Below, piece by piece: positions 14,320 to 27,916 of a stretch of 64,000 nucleotides of DNA; within the stretch, counting starts at the first letter, position 1; each line of letters starts with the position of its first letter. The position numbers and the translations under genes were made by a program. Below the pieces are notes generated by a model. It did no database searches and was not told where the DNA came from. It was given only the letters and a program-made list of their open reading frames with translations. Source of the stretch: Octopus vulgaris (taxonomy: Eukaryota); contig OX597831.1 in NCBI GenBank assembly GCA_951406725.2, positions 81,654,001 to 81,718,000 of the forward strand, given 5' to 3'.

Positions 14320-14411
14320 TTGCTGGTGTTGACCAGTGACAATAACATCAGGCTCATCGGCCTCAGGAGGGGGGGACAGGGGCCATAGAGGCAATGAACA
14401 GTGACCGTTAC
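14320..14411 (-). CDS. Candidate internal coding exon of an unidentified gene
   Basis: Unique, GC-richer sequence bounded on the minus strand by pyrimidine-rich ...TGTCTGTCTAG| and |GTAAGA; open as (G)NGHCSLPLWPLSPPPEADEPDVIVTGQHQQ. Confidence 0.4.
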
Positions 14412-14607
14412 CTAGACAGACAAACAGATAGACAGACTGGCGGATAGATGGGTAGTTATGTGAGTATGGTTCTATGTGAACACATTTTGCAGGAAAAGGA
14501 AGCACACATATTGAGTCCTCTCTAAACTACTTAAACACGTGCTGACGATCATCTGATATTTTAATATTGTCCGGCAAAGGGTTAAAACTGCTTTCCCCTC
14601 TTCTCAC

Positions 14608-14742
14608 CTTTCACAATATGGCGCTGGCCTTCTTCCTCATCGAGATCGTCACTCTTCTCCTGCTGTTGTTTTTGATTGCTTCTTTCTTGTTGTAATCATT
14701 TGACCTGGCAGCTTTACGATTTCCGGCCGTAACAGGGTAGCC
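14608..14742 (-). CDS. Candidate exon (frame ambiguous)
   Basis: TTTCCCTGGTAG| acceptor and AAG|GTGAGA donor; purine-rich; no single frame is open across the whole exon. Confidence 0.28.
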
Positions 14743-14841
14743 CTACCAGGGAAACTATACACACAGATTCCTGTTTCTCTACGGTGTAAACAGTTTTCTA
14801 TGCCTTAACGTACATACCTTCTCACCTTTACAGATGAACAC

Positions 14842-14929
<88 letters not shown>

Positions 14930-15196
14930 ACACACAGACGCACGCACAAACATATTGACCAACATTTATATACACCGTTTCTCCGCCAATCCCTCCACCC
15001 TTCAGTTTTCTCTTTCTCTTTCTGCCACCGACAGAAATATGCCAAGCGTTTCACTTTGAGTCCTATAAAACATAATTGAGATGTACTTTAACTGTTATAG
15101 CATTTGTCAATGAGCACACAGAGTGGGACAAAAGACAGAGGCTGTCAGAGAGAGAGTGAGAGAGAGAGAGACATAGAGAGCGAAAGATAGATAGAC

Positions 15197-15269
<73 letters not shown>

Positions 15270-15597
15270 TATAGATAGATGGATAGATAGATAGATGATA
15301 GATAGACATATAGACAGACAAACATACATGCATACATGCATGCATACATACATACATACATACATACATACATACATACATACATAGGTTATTAGTGCGT
15401 TAAAGGTGATATTCCAGTGCTACATTATACTATATGTCTCTAGACTTCTAACCAGCACTAAGTGCAATAGGTAGAGGTAAACACCTTGTCTTTGTATACG
15501 ATATCTTTGTGGATTGAAAAACAGCTAAACTAGTTTCAATCCTGTGTTGGGATTTCATCAACGACAGAGTAGTATCCTCTGAAACTGTTCACAGAGA

Positions 15598-16497
15598 TAC
15601 AGTGCTCTGATCAATAAGTATCCGGACTGTTGTCATAGTAACGAAGCTAAATCACGCAGAGTAAAGCTGTTTGGCACGGATTGACCTTAAGCTCTAGTGT
15701 GCATCCGCACAAAGTTTTAACATTCTAGCTTTCTTCTGCTGTTTACAGCAGGGCTTGAAAGGAATGTGTGTAGCGTGTGATCAACACATTGGCCATGACA
15801 GAGAAAATTGAGCAGAGATTTTGTATCAAATTTTGTCAAAAGCTTGGCGATAACTGCTCAGAGGCCTACACAAAGTTTTCAAAAAGTTTTCATCGTCCTC
15901 GACACAACCAAGGAGATCTTGTGCAACTGAAACCCGAGTGTCCTTTTGGTCAGCTGAAAGCAGTTTTTGCACAAACTTGGCAGTCACACGTCTCATACCC
16001 AAATCTTCAGTACTAATGGAATGAACTGAACCGTAACTAATCTGCACATCCTCTGATATCTCATGGATGGTGATTCGAGGATTTCCCCTCACAGCTACAC
16101 GCACATCTACGATGTTTTTCTCAGTTCTTCTGGTTGCGGGCCTCCCAGAACGTTCATCAATATCGACATTTTTTCGGCCATCTTGGAAATGTCTTAATTA
16201 CTCATACTCTTGTGTGCGGCTTATACACTCCCCTCCATACACTCTCTGCAACTTTGCATAGGCTTCTGAGCAGGTATCGCCATGACAACTTTCTCTGTTA
16301 TGGTCAATGCAACGTGCACACGCTACACACCTTCCTTCCAAGCACTAGTGTAAACAGCAGAAGTGAGCTAGAACGTTAAAACTTAGTGCGCATGCACAAC
16401 AGAGTTAAAGACCATTCTGTGCTAAGCGGCTTTACTCTGCGTACTTTAGCATCGTTACTATGGCAGCAGTCCGGATACGTATTGATCAGCCCTCGTA
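15598..16497. mobile_element. Non-autonomous mariner derivative built from two inverted 5' ends
   Basis: TA-flanked TIRs (CTGATCAATAAGTATCCGGACTG / CAGTCCGGATACGTATTGATCAG); + arm encodes MTEKIEQRFCIKFCQKLG; - arm encodes DERSGRP...NPRITIHEISE...LGMRRVTAKFVQKLL (mariner HTH region and WVPxxL-like motif). Confidence 0.88.
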
Positions 16498-16889
16498 TAG
16501 ACACGTTTGGACTAGTAGACTTAAATTAAGTAACTACATTGTCGAGGGGCATCTTAGCCGACACACTATTTAGTCATTGATGTATTGTTGTGGATTTCTG
16601 TGGACGTTCACATTATATTACTGGTATTTAATTAATGGACAAAAACAAATGAAACGTCATCTTCGTGACAAGTATTTTCACTGAGAGAGATGAGATTAAA
16701 TTCTGTGTTGCGTTTAGTGTGGCCTTCCAGTCTTTTTGATAAAGTACGTATTTTGTATGGGGATGTTTAAATGTCTAAAATTCATTTAATTATATAAATG
16801 TCGAATATTCTGCTCTGACAGCATCAATGCTGACCAGTCTCCCACACTCGGAATCAAAGAATCCCAAATATAATGAGCTGTATCTTTAC

Positions 16890-16930
<41 letters not shown>

Positions 16931-16990
16931 ACGCGTGAATGAATGGATAGATAGATGGATTGATACTTTTAAATTCATATATCATCTGGC

Positions 16991-17036
<46 letters not shown>

Positions 17037-17981
17037 AGATATTCATTGCTATTTTGTAAAAGCATTGTAAGACCAAAACGTTGCTTTTTCCGAAAACGAA
17101 AAGATAGTTTCACCATTCCATTTCGTTTTACATTAGCAACAGTTTCAGCTTAACAACGATACTTTGTTGGGTGCATAAAAGCGTAACTCCATGCATTTGT
17201 GATGTTTTCAGTCTGACATACATTTGCAAAATTGTCTTATGTAGAATTTGCTACACTTTTGAAAAATGCTAAACCATTGTACTACACTTCGACAATTTTC
17301 ATATCTCGGCATCTGAAGCATCTGGAGATACGATAGTTTGACCAAAAATATCGGCTATTGCATGCAAAATTAGATATTGAAAAAGAAAAAAAACGCATTT
17401 GGCCAAATTTGAACATACGACAGTTTAACATGTTTATCCACAAAGTCACTGGTACGCAGACTCTTGGGTGTAGATATGTGCGTAGGTTTGCAAATGTGTG
17501 TACACATGGTTACCTATGTTTATTTGCGTGTGAGTGTATATGTTGTGCATGCTGTATGCCATCTTGCACATGCATAGGGGGCAGTTGTTTTGCAAAATAC
17601 ATTACACACATCTATATAATATGTATGCATAGATGTGTGTATGTATGTATGCCACTCTGGCATCGGTCTCTACAGCCACAGGAGGCGTTGCAAAAACTGA
17701 ATAGACAACTCAACGGACGGATGACATCATCCATGGTCAGCCATGGCCGACGGAGGCCCTAAAAATGTATGTATGTATGCATGTATGTATATATGTGTGT
17801 GTGGGTGTGTGAGTGTGTGTGTGTGTGTGTGTGTGTATGTATGATATATATATATGCATACATATATATCTACATACATACCTACAAACATACATTTGTA
17901 TGAATGTCTGTATATCTGTATGTATGTATGTGAGTGTGTACGTGTGTGCACATTCACACATATGTGTACACACACACGCAG

Positions 17982-18018
<37 letters not shown>

Positions 18019-18583
18019 AAGAGAGAGAGAAACACATCAATATAGTGATGAGTCTTTACGTATTCGCCGCTTGCGTGAGTACACAGTCTTTATGCCTATT
18101 GAATCACCACTTTCCTACCCGCCACCGCCGCCACCACCTTAATTGTGGCTATTATTTCTTTAGTGACTTGCAGTTGAGGTCCCTAATTAAAGGGTGTGTC
18201 AGAGACAGAGAAAGCGCGAGCGAGAGAGGGGGGGAGAGATGTATTAAATTAAAGGTAACTGGGTGCACCCTGCTGGTAGTGTTTAACCGTCTGACAAATC
18301 TTGAATGGTGTCGTCGCAACGCGATTGTCCTACCGCCATTTTGGAGATATCGAGAAAAACAATTTTCTCCCTGACAAAGCGCACAGTTTTAGGACACCCT
18401 AGATAACCGTGTAAGCATATATACGCGTGCGCCTGTGTGTTTAGCTATATATATAAATTTATACTTACATACAGATAAATATATATGTATATGTATATGT
18501 ATATATATATATGTGTGTGTGTGTGTATATAACATATATATATATATACATACATACATACATACATACGTACATACATCAAA

Positions 18584-18629
<46 letters not shown>

Positions 18630-18765
18630 TTGTAAATAAAATATAAGGGCAGAATCTATACAAGATATTATCGTGTAGTCAGCGTGTACTTATTGAAGTA
18701 GCTTGACTTCAAAGTCTCGTTAAAGAGTGCGGCTTTTACTGATAGTAACAGCCCTTGATATTATA

Positions 18766-18829
<64 letters not shown>

Positions 18830-18833
<4 letters not shown>

Positions 18834-19161
18834 CTTAGCGGTTCGGCAAAAAGAACCGATAGAATAAGTACTAGGCTTACAAAGTATAAATCCCGGGGTC
18901 GATTTCTTCTACTAAAACCCTTTAAGGCGGTGTTCCAGCGTGGCCGCAGTCATATGACTGAAATACACACACACACACATATATACATATGTATATATAA
19001 GACGGGATTCTTTCAATTTCCGTCAACCAAATCCACTTAAAAGGCTTTGATCGGCCCGAGGCTATCGTAGAAAACACTTGCTCAAGATGCCACACAGTGG
19101 TACTGAACCTGGAACCATCTGATTGGGAAGCAAGCTTCTTGCCACACAGCCATACCTGCGC

Positions 19162-19162
<1 letters not shown>
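18830..19162. mobile_element. Two S2 SINE fragments (3' part on +, 18830-18964; head on -, 19000-19162)
   Basis: Direct similarity to 6675-7081. Confidence 0.8.
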
Positions 19163-19235
<73 letters not shown>

Positions 19236-19526
19236 GTGTGTGTGTGTGTATGTAAGTGTGAAGTTGCTTTGGACGGTATATACAGTTATTTGGACTTACA
19301 TTTCCCCCTATCCGTGTATTGTGTTGACGAAGGAAAAAGCTTTTTTTTGCTTTAATCCAGAAATTGGAACCAATTTACAATTAACGTGAGGTCTTCTTGT
19401 AATTTTCTCTCACAAGCCTGCTTTCAGCCACGTGTATATTTCAGCTGGAGTTTTTGGTAGTTCTTGAAGATATTGGCACTTCAAGCATACTGGAGAAAGG
19501 TCGTTTTCGCCAGATCACCCTTGATG

Positions 19527-19567
<41 letters not shown>

Positions 19568-19817
19568 GAAATGAGGTACTCTGAAATCCGGATGGTTTTA
19601 TATTTACAGATATTTATTAGTATGTTATATGTTTTTATACATCATATATCACATATCATATATTAGCGCTTTTGTCCATTCTAGTGGAGTCTTCAAATTG
19701 AACTACGTTTTTGAAGTAATTTTGACTCTTTTTGTAGTATTATTGAGTGTGTAGTGGTGGGGAGAGATAGAAGATAGTACAAGAGGGTGATGAATGGGGA
19801 GAAAGTGAGAGAGAGCA

Positions 19818-19893
<76 letters not shown>

Positions 19894-20014
19894 TATCTGA
19901 AAAGAGTGTTAAAGAAAAAGAAGGAAAGGAAGGAAAGAAAATTTGTTGTCAACAACAAATGTGTGTCTGGGGTGGCATGAGATGAACGATAGATATTGCC
20001 ATTGCCTTTTATGG

Positions 20015-20143
20015 AAGAAATCGATCCCTGGACTTATTCTTTGTAAACCTGGTACTTATTCTATCAGTCTTTTTTTGCTGATCCACTAAGTTACGGGGAC
20101 GTAAGCACACCAACATCGGTTGTCACGCAATAGCGGGGGACAA

Positions 20144-20176
<33 letters not shown>

Positions 20177-20297
20177 CGACGGGCTTCCTTCAGTTTCCGT
20201 CAGCCAAATCCACTCACTAGGCTTTGGTCGGCTCGAGGCTATAGTAGAAGACACTTGCCCAAGGTGTCTCACAGCAGGACTGAACCCGAAACCATGT
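20015..20297 (-). mobile_element. S2 SINE, partial
   Basis: Reverse-complement similarity to ~6715-7015. Confidence 0.8.
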
Positions 20298-20325
20298 ACA
20301 TGGGACAGACACGCCTGTCCCTATG

Positions 20326-20530
20326 TTTATATTGATCTACTTCTACATGAAAAAATTGGCAGTGACTTCGAAATTGTCTGATGAAGGCGAGCAAGGCGAA
20401 ACTTCGAAGTCACTGACCAGCTTTTCCTTGTAAGAGTAAATAGCAATGTACCAAAAGATATTGAATACTCCTTCAGTTTAACGCAAAATTGCTTTTATAT
20501 TCAAATAAAATCAAACATTGATTTAATACG
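20326..20530 (+). mobile_element. Diverged fold-back element, family E, with hammerhead-like motif at 20375-20415
   Basis: Arms ~20326-20372 and ~20403-20451; CTGATGA-N13-GAAA-CTTCGAAG-TC with palindromic stem III and GUC triplet, weak stems I/II; related copy at 32615-32735 (-). Confidence 0.55.
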
Positions 20531-21104
20531 CTCGTGTGTGCGTGTGTGTGTGTGTGAGTATGTAATAGCGCCAGTTCTTTGTGAAGTCTGATCACATTTT
20601 TCTTATGATGACGAAAACATACAACGCAATGATAAGGCAAAGACTCCCTCTTGTTGACAGGAATAGCACCCAAACAAAGAACGCACCGACCGGAGAATCA
20701 CGACTCCTCCCTGTTATATTCCATCTTCTGTGTTCTGATGCATGAAATAACTACGGAAGTGACTGTATCTCTTTGTTGCAAATACGCTTGGTAACTCGAC
20801 AACCATCTGTCTGTGGTAGACGAAGCCGAGTATAGAAAACATTACGAACACATCCAACAATGATAACAGTAGATTAAATTCAGAATGTAAAAAATAGCCC
20901 CAGTTTTATGTGAAGTCAAGGATTATCCACACTTACACTGAAACTCTCTTTCGGTTGACTGCACAGCCTTCAGGTATCGTGTGCTAAACAGCGACACTCT
21001 TGTGGTTAAGTAATCAAGGCTTGATCCTGATCGCTCTGGCTTTCTCTCTTGTCTTACAGAGTAAACATGGCCGCTCCGCTGCCAGTGTGCACCAAGTATG
21101 AACA

Positions 21105-21203
21105 GAGACTAGTGATCCTATTTCACTGGTTTGAAGGTAGATGAAGGGCTGAGATTCATCGTACGCCTTCAGTACAATACGTGGACTGTGCTCTACCATG
21201 TAG

Positions 21204-21250
<47 letters not shown>

Positions 21251-21718
21251 TGTGTGTGTGTGTGTGTGAGGGAACCGAGAAGTTTAGAAATGGCCGGGCA
21301 AGCATGAAGCACAAAGCGGGAACAAGTGGCTCCACCACTGACACGAAGATGTGACAGGCTTGAGAGATAGTTCTGGCGAACCGACCAGTGCCCATCAATA
21401 GGGAGGCATGTTTTATGTAAATTAGTCGGGATGCCACAAACGAATTCATCCTCGGCAAGCCTCCATAAAGTCTGTGGGAGAGGCGTGCCAAAAGAGCTTA
21501 CCGAAAGGCATAAGAGCAATCGTGTGGAGTTCTGTCAAAGCTTACTCAACCGCTACAACGATGAATACAAAATTGATTTGGACAGAACCGCTATAATTGA
21601 GACCTGGGTCCATCGCTCTGCGTTAGAATCCAAAAGGTAGATTATGGAATGGAAACACCTGGAATCGACAGCGAAAAAGAAATTCAAGTCGCAACTTTCA
21701 GTAGAAAATGTGATACTA

Positions 21719-21720
<2 letters not shown>
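21105..21720 (+). pseudogene. Degenerate mariner transposase fragment interrupted by (TG)n
   Basis: KVCGRGVPKELT (WVPxxL-like), ETWVH (TGDETW-like) and MEWKH...KKFKSQ motifs, with stops. Confidence 0.78.
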
Positions 21721-21755
<35 letters not shown>

Positions 21756-21907
21756 CTTTTAATGATTTCAGTCGTTGACTGCGGCCATGCTGGAACACCG
21801 CCTTAAATATGTACGTGTGTGTGGGGGGGACATATACAGAGTAACAAATAAGTGCTAAATATATTTAAGGGACAGATAAGACCAACGAGGGAAACAACAA
21901 CCACTAA

Positions 21908-21911
21908 TAGT

Positions 21912-22000
<89 letters not shown>

Positions 22001-22560
22001 CAGTAGTAGTAGTGTTGGTGGTGGTGGTGTCTAGTAGTAGTAGTAGTAGTATTACAAGGGTTGTTGGAAGATAGTGGTTGAGGAGTGGTGATTGTTTCGG
22101 GCGGGAGGCGGTAGTGTAGCGGTTCGAGCGCAATGGTGGCGCAGTTGTTGGAGTTGAAGTTGTGAAAATATGAGTATTGCTGTTGTTTAGCCACGGGTGT
22201 GTAGTGGCCGTGAGGGAGATTGAGGAGGAGAAGGAGGAGGAGGAGGATGGCAACGACGGTGTTGACGATGTTGATGATGAACAATGATGTCGATCATAAT
22301 GATGAGGATCGTCACACTTGTCAGCATCAGCATCATTAACCACTTCATCGCCATCATCATCATCAACATCATCATCGTCGTCGTCGCCATCGTCGTCATT
22401 ATCGTCATCGCTATCGTCATCATCGTCGTCGTCATCACCATCATCATCGTCATCATCATCATCGTCATCATCATCATCGTCGTCATCATCGACATCATCA
22501 TCATCATCGTCGTTACCATCATCGTCGTTATCATCATAATCCTCATCATCATCATCGTTG

Positions 22561-22603
<43 letters not shown>

Positions 22604-22662
22604 TATCATCATAATCATCGTCATCATCATCATCGTCGTCATCATCGTCGTCGTCATCATCG

Positions 22663-22722
<60 letters not shown>
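21908..22722. repeat. (AGC)n/(AGT)n and (CAT/CGT)n triplet tracts
   Basis: Directly visible. Confidence 0.93.
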
Positions 22723-22723
<1 letters not shown>

Positions 22724-23294
22724 AGTGGCGATGATGATGGTGAGGATGTAGAGGTTATAATGCAATGGCCGTGATACAGTAGTCCTGATGCGACATTGCC
22801 GCGCTACTGTCAGCGGTTGTGGCATCGCGGTGCGGTCGGTAATGGCGACGGGGTTGGTGTGGCTGGTGGTGATGACGATGACGATAGTAATACAGTAATT
22901 GCCAGAAAGTAATGGTGCCGTAGCAGTTCTCTATATTTTATGACTAAATGATAACCATAAATAATACAAGAGAATTATTCCACTCCTGTGCGCCCCGCTA
23001 GCTTTCTTTCCCTCTCTCTCTTCGTTTTCCTTCTCTCCAACACAAAACCTACCGGAAGTCAGATGTTATAATCATAAACACATGTTTAACCCTTCATGCT
23101 TTTGTCTTAACGGTTGACAAGAGAAAATGTAGAATGTCACGGAATTGGCTAGAAAAACCTATAATTTTCCCATAATTCCCGTTTATATCATATCCGTTAT
23201 AATCATAAAACGTTATCAGGCGTCGTCGTTTCGTAACGTTTTGTCAACGAAATAATTGCATGCGTATTACGATGCAAATAGTGACAGTGCTGCT

Positions 23295-23297
<3 letters not shown>

Positions 23298-23364
<67 letters not shown>

Positions 23365-23510
23365 TTTCCATTGGTTGCAGTTATTGCAGTTTTATAGGTG
23401 ATGAAGAGAGACAAAGACGATGCTCTACTTAATATTAACCGCTAAATCCATCTTCAATTTGAAATCGTCTTCAACAGCGTTTATTATTATTATTATTATT
23501 ATCAATATTA

Positions 23511-23541
<31 letters not shown>

Positions 23542-23582
23542 CATTATTATTATTATTATTATCATTATTATTATTACTATTA

Positions 23583-23623
<41 letters not shown>

Positions 23624-23625
23624 TA

Positions 23626-23656
<31 letters not shown>

Positions 23657-23700
23657 CATTATTATTATTATTATTATTATCATTATTATTATTATTATTA

Positions 23701-23750
<50 letters not shown>

Positions 23751-23890
23751 TTTATTTATTGATATTGTTATTTATTATTATATTGCTGTTATTATTGTTG
23801 CTGTTGTTCAGGATGATTTTGTCTATGCAGTTGGCATCATCATCATCATCATCATCGTCGTCGTCGACGTCGTCGTCGTCATCATTATAA
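23298..23890. repeat. (AAT)n/(ATT)n/(CAT)n tracts
   Basis: Directly visible. Confidence 0.93.
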
Positions 23891-24362
23891 TCCTCGTTTT
23901 AACTTGCAGTATTTTGTTCTGCCGCTTTACGTTCTGAGTTCAAATACCGCTAAGGTCAACTTTACTTTCCATCCCTCTGAGGTCGATAGAATTAAGAAAG
24001 AGTCAAGTACCAGGGTCCCTCTAAAACTGGTAATCCTTCTACCAAAATTTGAAACCATTATTATTAGTAGCAGCAGCAGCAGCGGTAGTAGTAGTAGTAG
24101 AATGCGCATCAGACTGGCAGCCTCAGTTCTCATCCAGCCTGTGAAGTTTAGCAATCTATGAACCCCATCGACTCCGCTCTGCCCCATGCCAAGCAAACCC
24201 TTTGCGTGAAACTTGAAACCTCTGTGCAAAATTTTGCAAACGGCCCCGAGATGGCGTTTATCTCTGGTCCTGTTCAAGGGTCATACAACGCCCTGATTAT
24301 CATGTTTTTTGTAGTTGTTACTGTTGTTATTTTTGCTGTTGTAGTAGTAGTAGTAGTTGTTG

Positions 24363-24406
<44 letters not shown>

Positions 24407-25145
24407 GGTGGTATTGCTGGGGTTTAAATTTTAGGCCAACTCTATAATTAAGACCGATCAAGCCGAAGCCATCTCTTTTTGGAAAAGGTTTCTCCGGTCA
24501 AGATGATTTACCTGTTGCCCTCGGCATACCGAAGGATGTGCAGACACATGCTGAGACTGATATGTCTTCAGAAATTCATGGACGGGTAACATTTATGTTT
24601 ATTTTTTGTCGGACACATTTTTTTCTTTCATAGCTTGTCTATTTTGCTAAAGATTTAGAGTCAAGTCTATTCAAAGACTGTGCACCTGGCATCTGGAATG
24701 TTCTTAGTTGCTCACTGGGCGTCGACGTGGAGATTCTCATCGGCCTTTTTCGAAGGATTTCATATTGAGAACTGAAACTAACGTCCATCAATCCCTGACC
24801 TGTCCAGCGCATTTGGAGGGCATTGGCGATACAAGATAAGCTCTTTTTCGGAAACGGAAATGCTGATACTCGGGTCTGATGTACGGACAGCGATGAAACG
24901 TTTCGTGAACCGGCATTGCTGGTGTCTCGAAATATGTGAAACGGCTTTTATCACATGTTGGACGGATGTGGATGTCAGCCGACACCTTTGTAAAAATTTT
25001 CTGCTAAAAATCATCTTATCTGCCCTTTAAGCATGGATGGAGGACATTAATTTTGTGGTCTCTGGTGATATTTTGATATTTCATGTGTTGTGTAAACTCG
25101 CGCAATGTGGTTTGTGTTGTAGTATTGGGTGGTGATTATGTAGAG

Positions 25146-25304
25146 CAAGGTTCCGCGATCATTTTTTGTATCTATGGACCCTTTGATTCCTATTTTGCTC
25201 AGGTGGACCCTCCAAGCCATTCCATGTCTAAAAAATCCCCTTTTCTTTTATTCTTTTACTTGTTTCAGTCATGAGACTGCGGCCATGCTGGGACACCATC
25301 TTGA

Positions 25305-25373
<69 letters not shown>

Positions 25374-25693
25374 GACGGGCTTCTTTCACTTTCCTTCTAC
25401 CAAATCCACTTACAAGACTTTGGTCGGCCCGAGGCTATAGTAGAAGACACTTCCCAAAGGTGCCACGCAGTGGACTGAACCCGGAACTATATGGCTCGTA
25501 AGCAAGCTGCTTACTACACAGCCACTCCTACGCCTGCTTTTTATAATTAAATATTATAAGGAAATGATTTTAAAAAATTGTTAAAATAGTTTGCGTATCG
25601 AAAAAGTAGAACCAGTTTATTGCCCATGAACCTGAACAGCGAAATCTTATGAGGACCCCTAAGGGCCAAATGGATCCCGGTTGCGAACCACTG
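25146..25693. mobile_element. hAT (Charlie-like) MITE with a nested S2 SINE (25243-25535, -)
   Basis: Ends CAAGGTTCCGCGATC / GGTTGCGAACCACTG; near-perfect 8-bp TSD ATGTAGAG (25138-25145) / ATGTAGAA (25694-25701). Confidence 0.72.
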
Positions 25694-25934
25694 ATGTAGA
25701 ATATGTTCCGTCTGATGACAGCTGTGTCATAGGTTTTAATGTTGGGTGATTGATGCGTCGAGTGATTGATTTGTGCAGTGAGGGTTGTATGATATTATCG
25801 GGTGGTCACTGTGTACAGTATGGATTGTGTGGGTTGCGTTCTCATTCCGGGCGCTGATTGCTTTCAATATGCACTGAGCGTGTGTTATGCCATGATTTCA
25901 CGATACGAGTTGCACTATTCCATTGAAATAATTA

Positions 25935-25945
25935 TTGCTATTGCA

Positions 25946-26016
<71 letters not shown>

Positions 26017-27465
26017 CATCATCATCATCATCATTGTTATTGACATCATCAACAGCCATTATAACTTGATGTTAGTGATGTCTATAATTACTGTAACCAT
26101 AAAACCGTTTAACATATGCACAGATTCTAGATTATATGGTAACTGGATGGTATTGGAAGTGGTGACGGCGGCGGCGGCGGCGGTGGCGGTTGCGGTGGTG
26201 ATGGTGATGGTGATGGGTGATGGTCAGGACAGACAGACTGGTGACGGTGGCAATGATGTGGAAATAGCAGTAGTGGGAGTGATGGTGGGAGTGACAGCGG
26301 TCTGCGTTGTTGTCGTTTTCAAGATGGTGGCGGTGGCGGCGGTGGTTGTGGTGGTGGTGGTGGTGGTGGTGGTGGCGGTGGTGGCGGTGGTGGTGGTGGC
26401 GGTGAGATATAATGGCAACATTAATAGTAGAATCGGTGTTGATGTTGCTGGTGGTGGTATTTTAACAATTGTTGTTACTGTTGGTCATGATGATGATGAT
26501 GATGATGACGATGTTATTGATGCTGTTAGTAATTCCGGTATGCTGTTGCATTGTTGTTGCTGTTGTTGTTGTTGTTGTTGCTGTTGTTGTTGTTTAGAGG
26601 ATGGTGGTGGTTGTGGCGGACGTTGACCATCTGCAAACAATACTTGGTGGACTTTATTATTCATTTTACCCACTCGAAATAGCAAATGCCATAAAATAGC
26701 GCAGTATTCGGTCATTTCAGAACATCCGCTTCTAATCTCGGCATGAACGTTGTTACCATTACCACCGTCGCCACCACTACAACCACTGCCAGCACCACCA
26801 CCAACACTACCATCATCACCATCGACCTGGACCCCACCCCAACCCCAACCCCTAAGCCACCATCACCACCACATGTCACCATCTTCGCGCTACCAGATCA
26901 ATGTACCGCTATCGACACGACTCGCATCATCACGATCATCACAGCCAGGATATATGACCGATCGCCGCCACTACACACCTCCACAAATTGCCATCACCAT
27001 CGCATCAACATCTGCGCATTGCTACCACCACCACCACCACCACAACTACACCGACGCCAACATCTATGAAACACCACAAACACCGCCTCTGCGCCGCCAC
27101 CACCAAACATAAAAATGAAATCGTGGTCGGTTTTACGACTTTTAGATTGAAGTCCAGTACTTATTGCAGACCCTATAACAACAACAACAACAACAACAAC
27201 AACAACCGTAACTGCAACAACTTCAGCAGGTGTAGCAACGGCAACAACTGCAACAGCAACAATAACAACCTCAGTAACAAGAGCAACAACAACAACAACA
27301 ACAGCAACAATCACTATACGCAACGTCAACTCCACTTCCTCCAGAACCATCACCATGCACAGCACCACCGCTACCACATCCTTTTAAACCATTAGTACCA
27401 TACAACACCATCATTACCACCGAGGGGAAGAAGACAAACAACAGCAACAACAACAACAACAACTA
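25935..27465. repeat. Cryptically simple triplet region: (ATT),(GGT),(GTT), then (ACC),(AAC)
   Basis: Directly visible degenerate triplet arrays. Confidence 0.85.
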
Positions 27466-27566
27466 TAAAGGAAGAGAATTTCCCTCCCTTTATTGTGATC
27501 GATATTTTAAGTAAGAGTTTCTTCACAAAGCTGTATCTTTTACATAAAGCCTCACTGAAATAAATT

Positions 27567-27916
27567 ACATCCATCGAAACCGTTTAACTGGACCTCCGTC
27601 AGTTACGACGATGAGTGTTCAAGTTGATCCTATCAATGAAACAGCGTGCTCGTGAAATTAACATGCAAGTGGCTGAGTACTTCACAAACATGCGTAACCT
27701 TAACGTAGCTCTCGTGGAGATTGAGCGTGACTCAGAATGGGCCAAGGATGGCTCCTTTCAATTACAGGTACAACTCATTTTTGCCAGCCTGGTGGACTGG
27801 AGCAATAAAGTGAAATAAAGTGTCTTGCTGAAGGACACATCGCGCCGCCATGAATCGAACTCACGACGTTACAATCGTGAGCCGAATGCTTGAACCTCTA
27901 AGCCACGTGCTTCCAC
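27567..27916 (-). mobile_element. Near full-length tRNA-derived SINE (family S3)
   Basis: Minus strand GCACGTGGCTTAGAGGTT...GAGTTCGATTC (A/B boxes) followed by GTGTCCTTCAGCAAGACACTT. Confidence 0.78.

Noticed and set aside
17650-17758. GC-rich island after a minus-strand acceptor (GLRRPWLTMDDVIRPLS...)
   Set aside because: No convincing donor site or recognisable homology; cannot be called an exon.
24460-25010. Possible very old mariner fragment on the minus strand
   Set aside because: Motifs too degenerate and no TIRs found.
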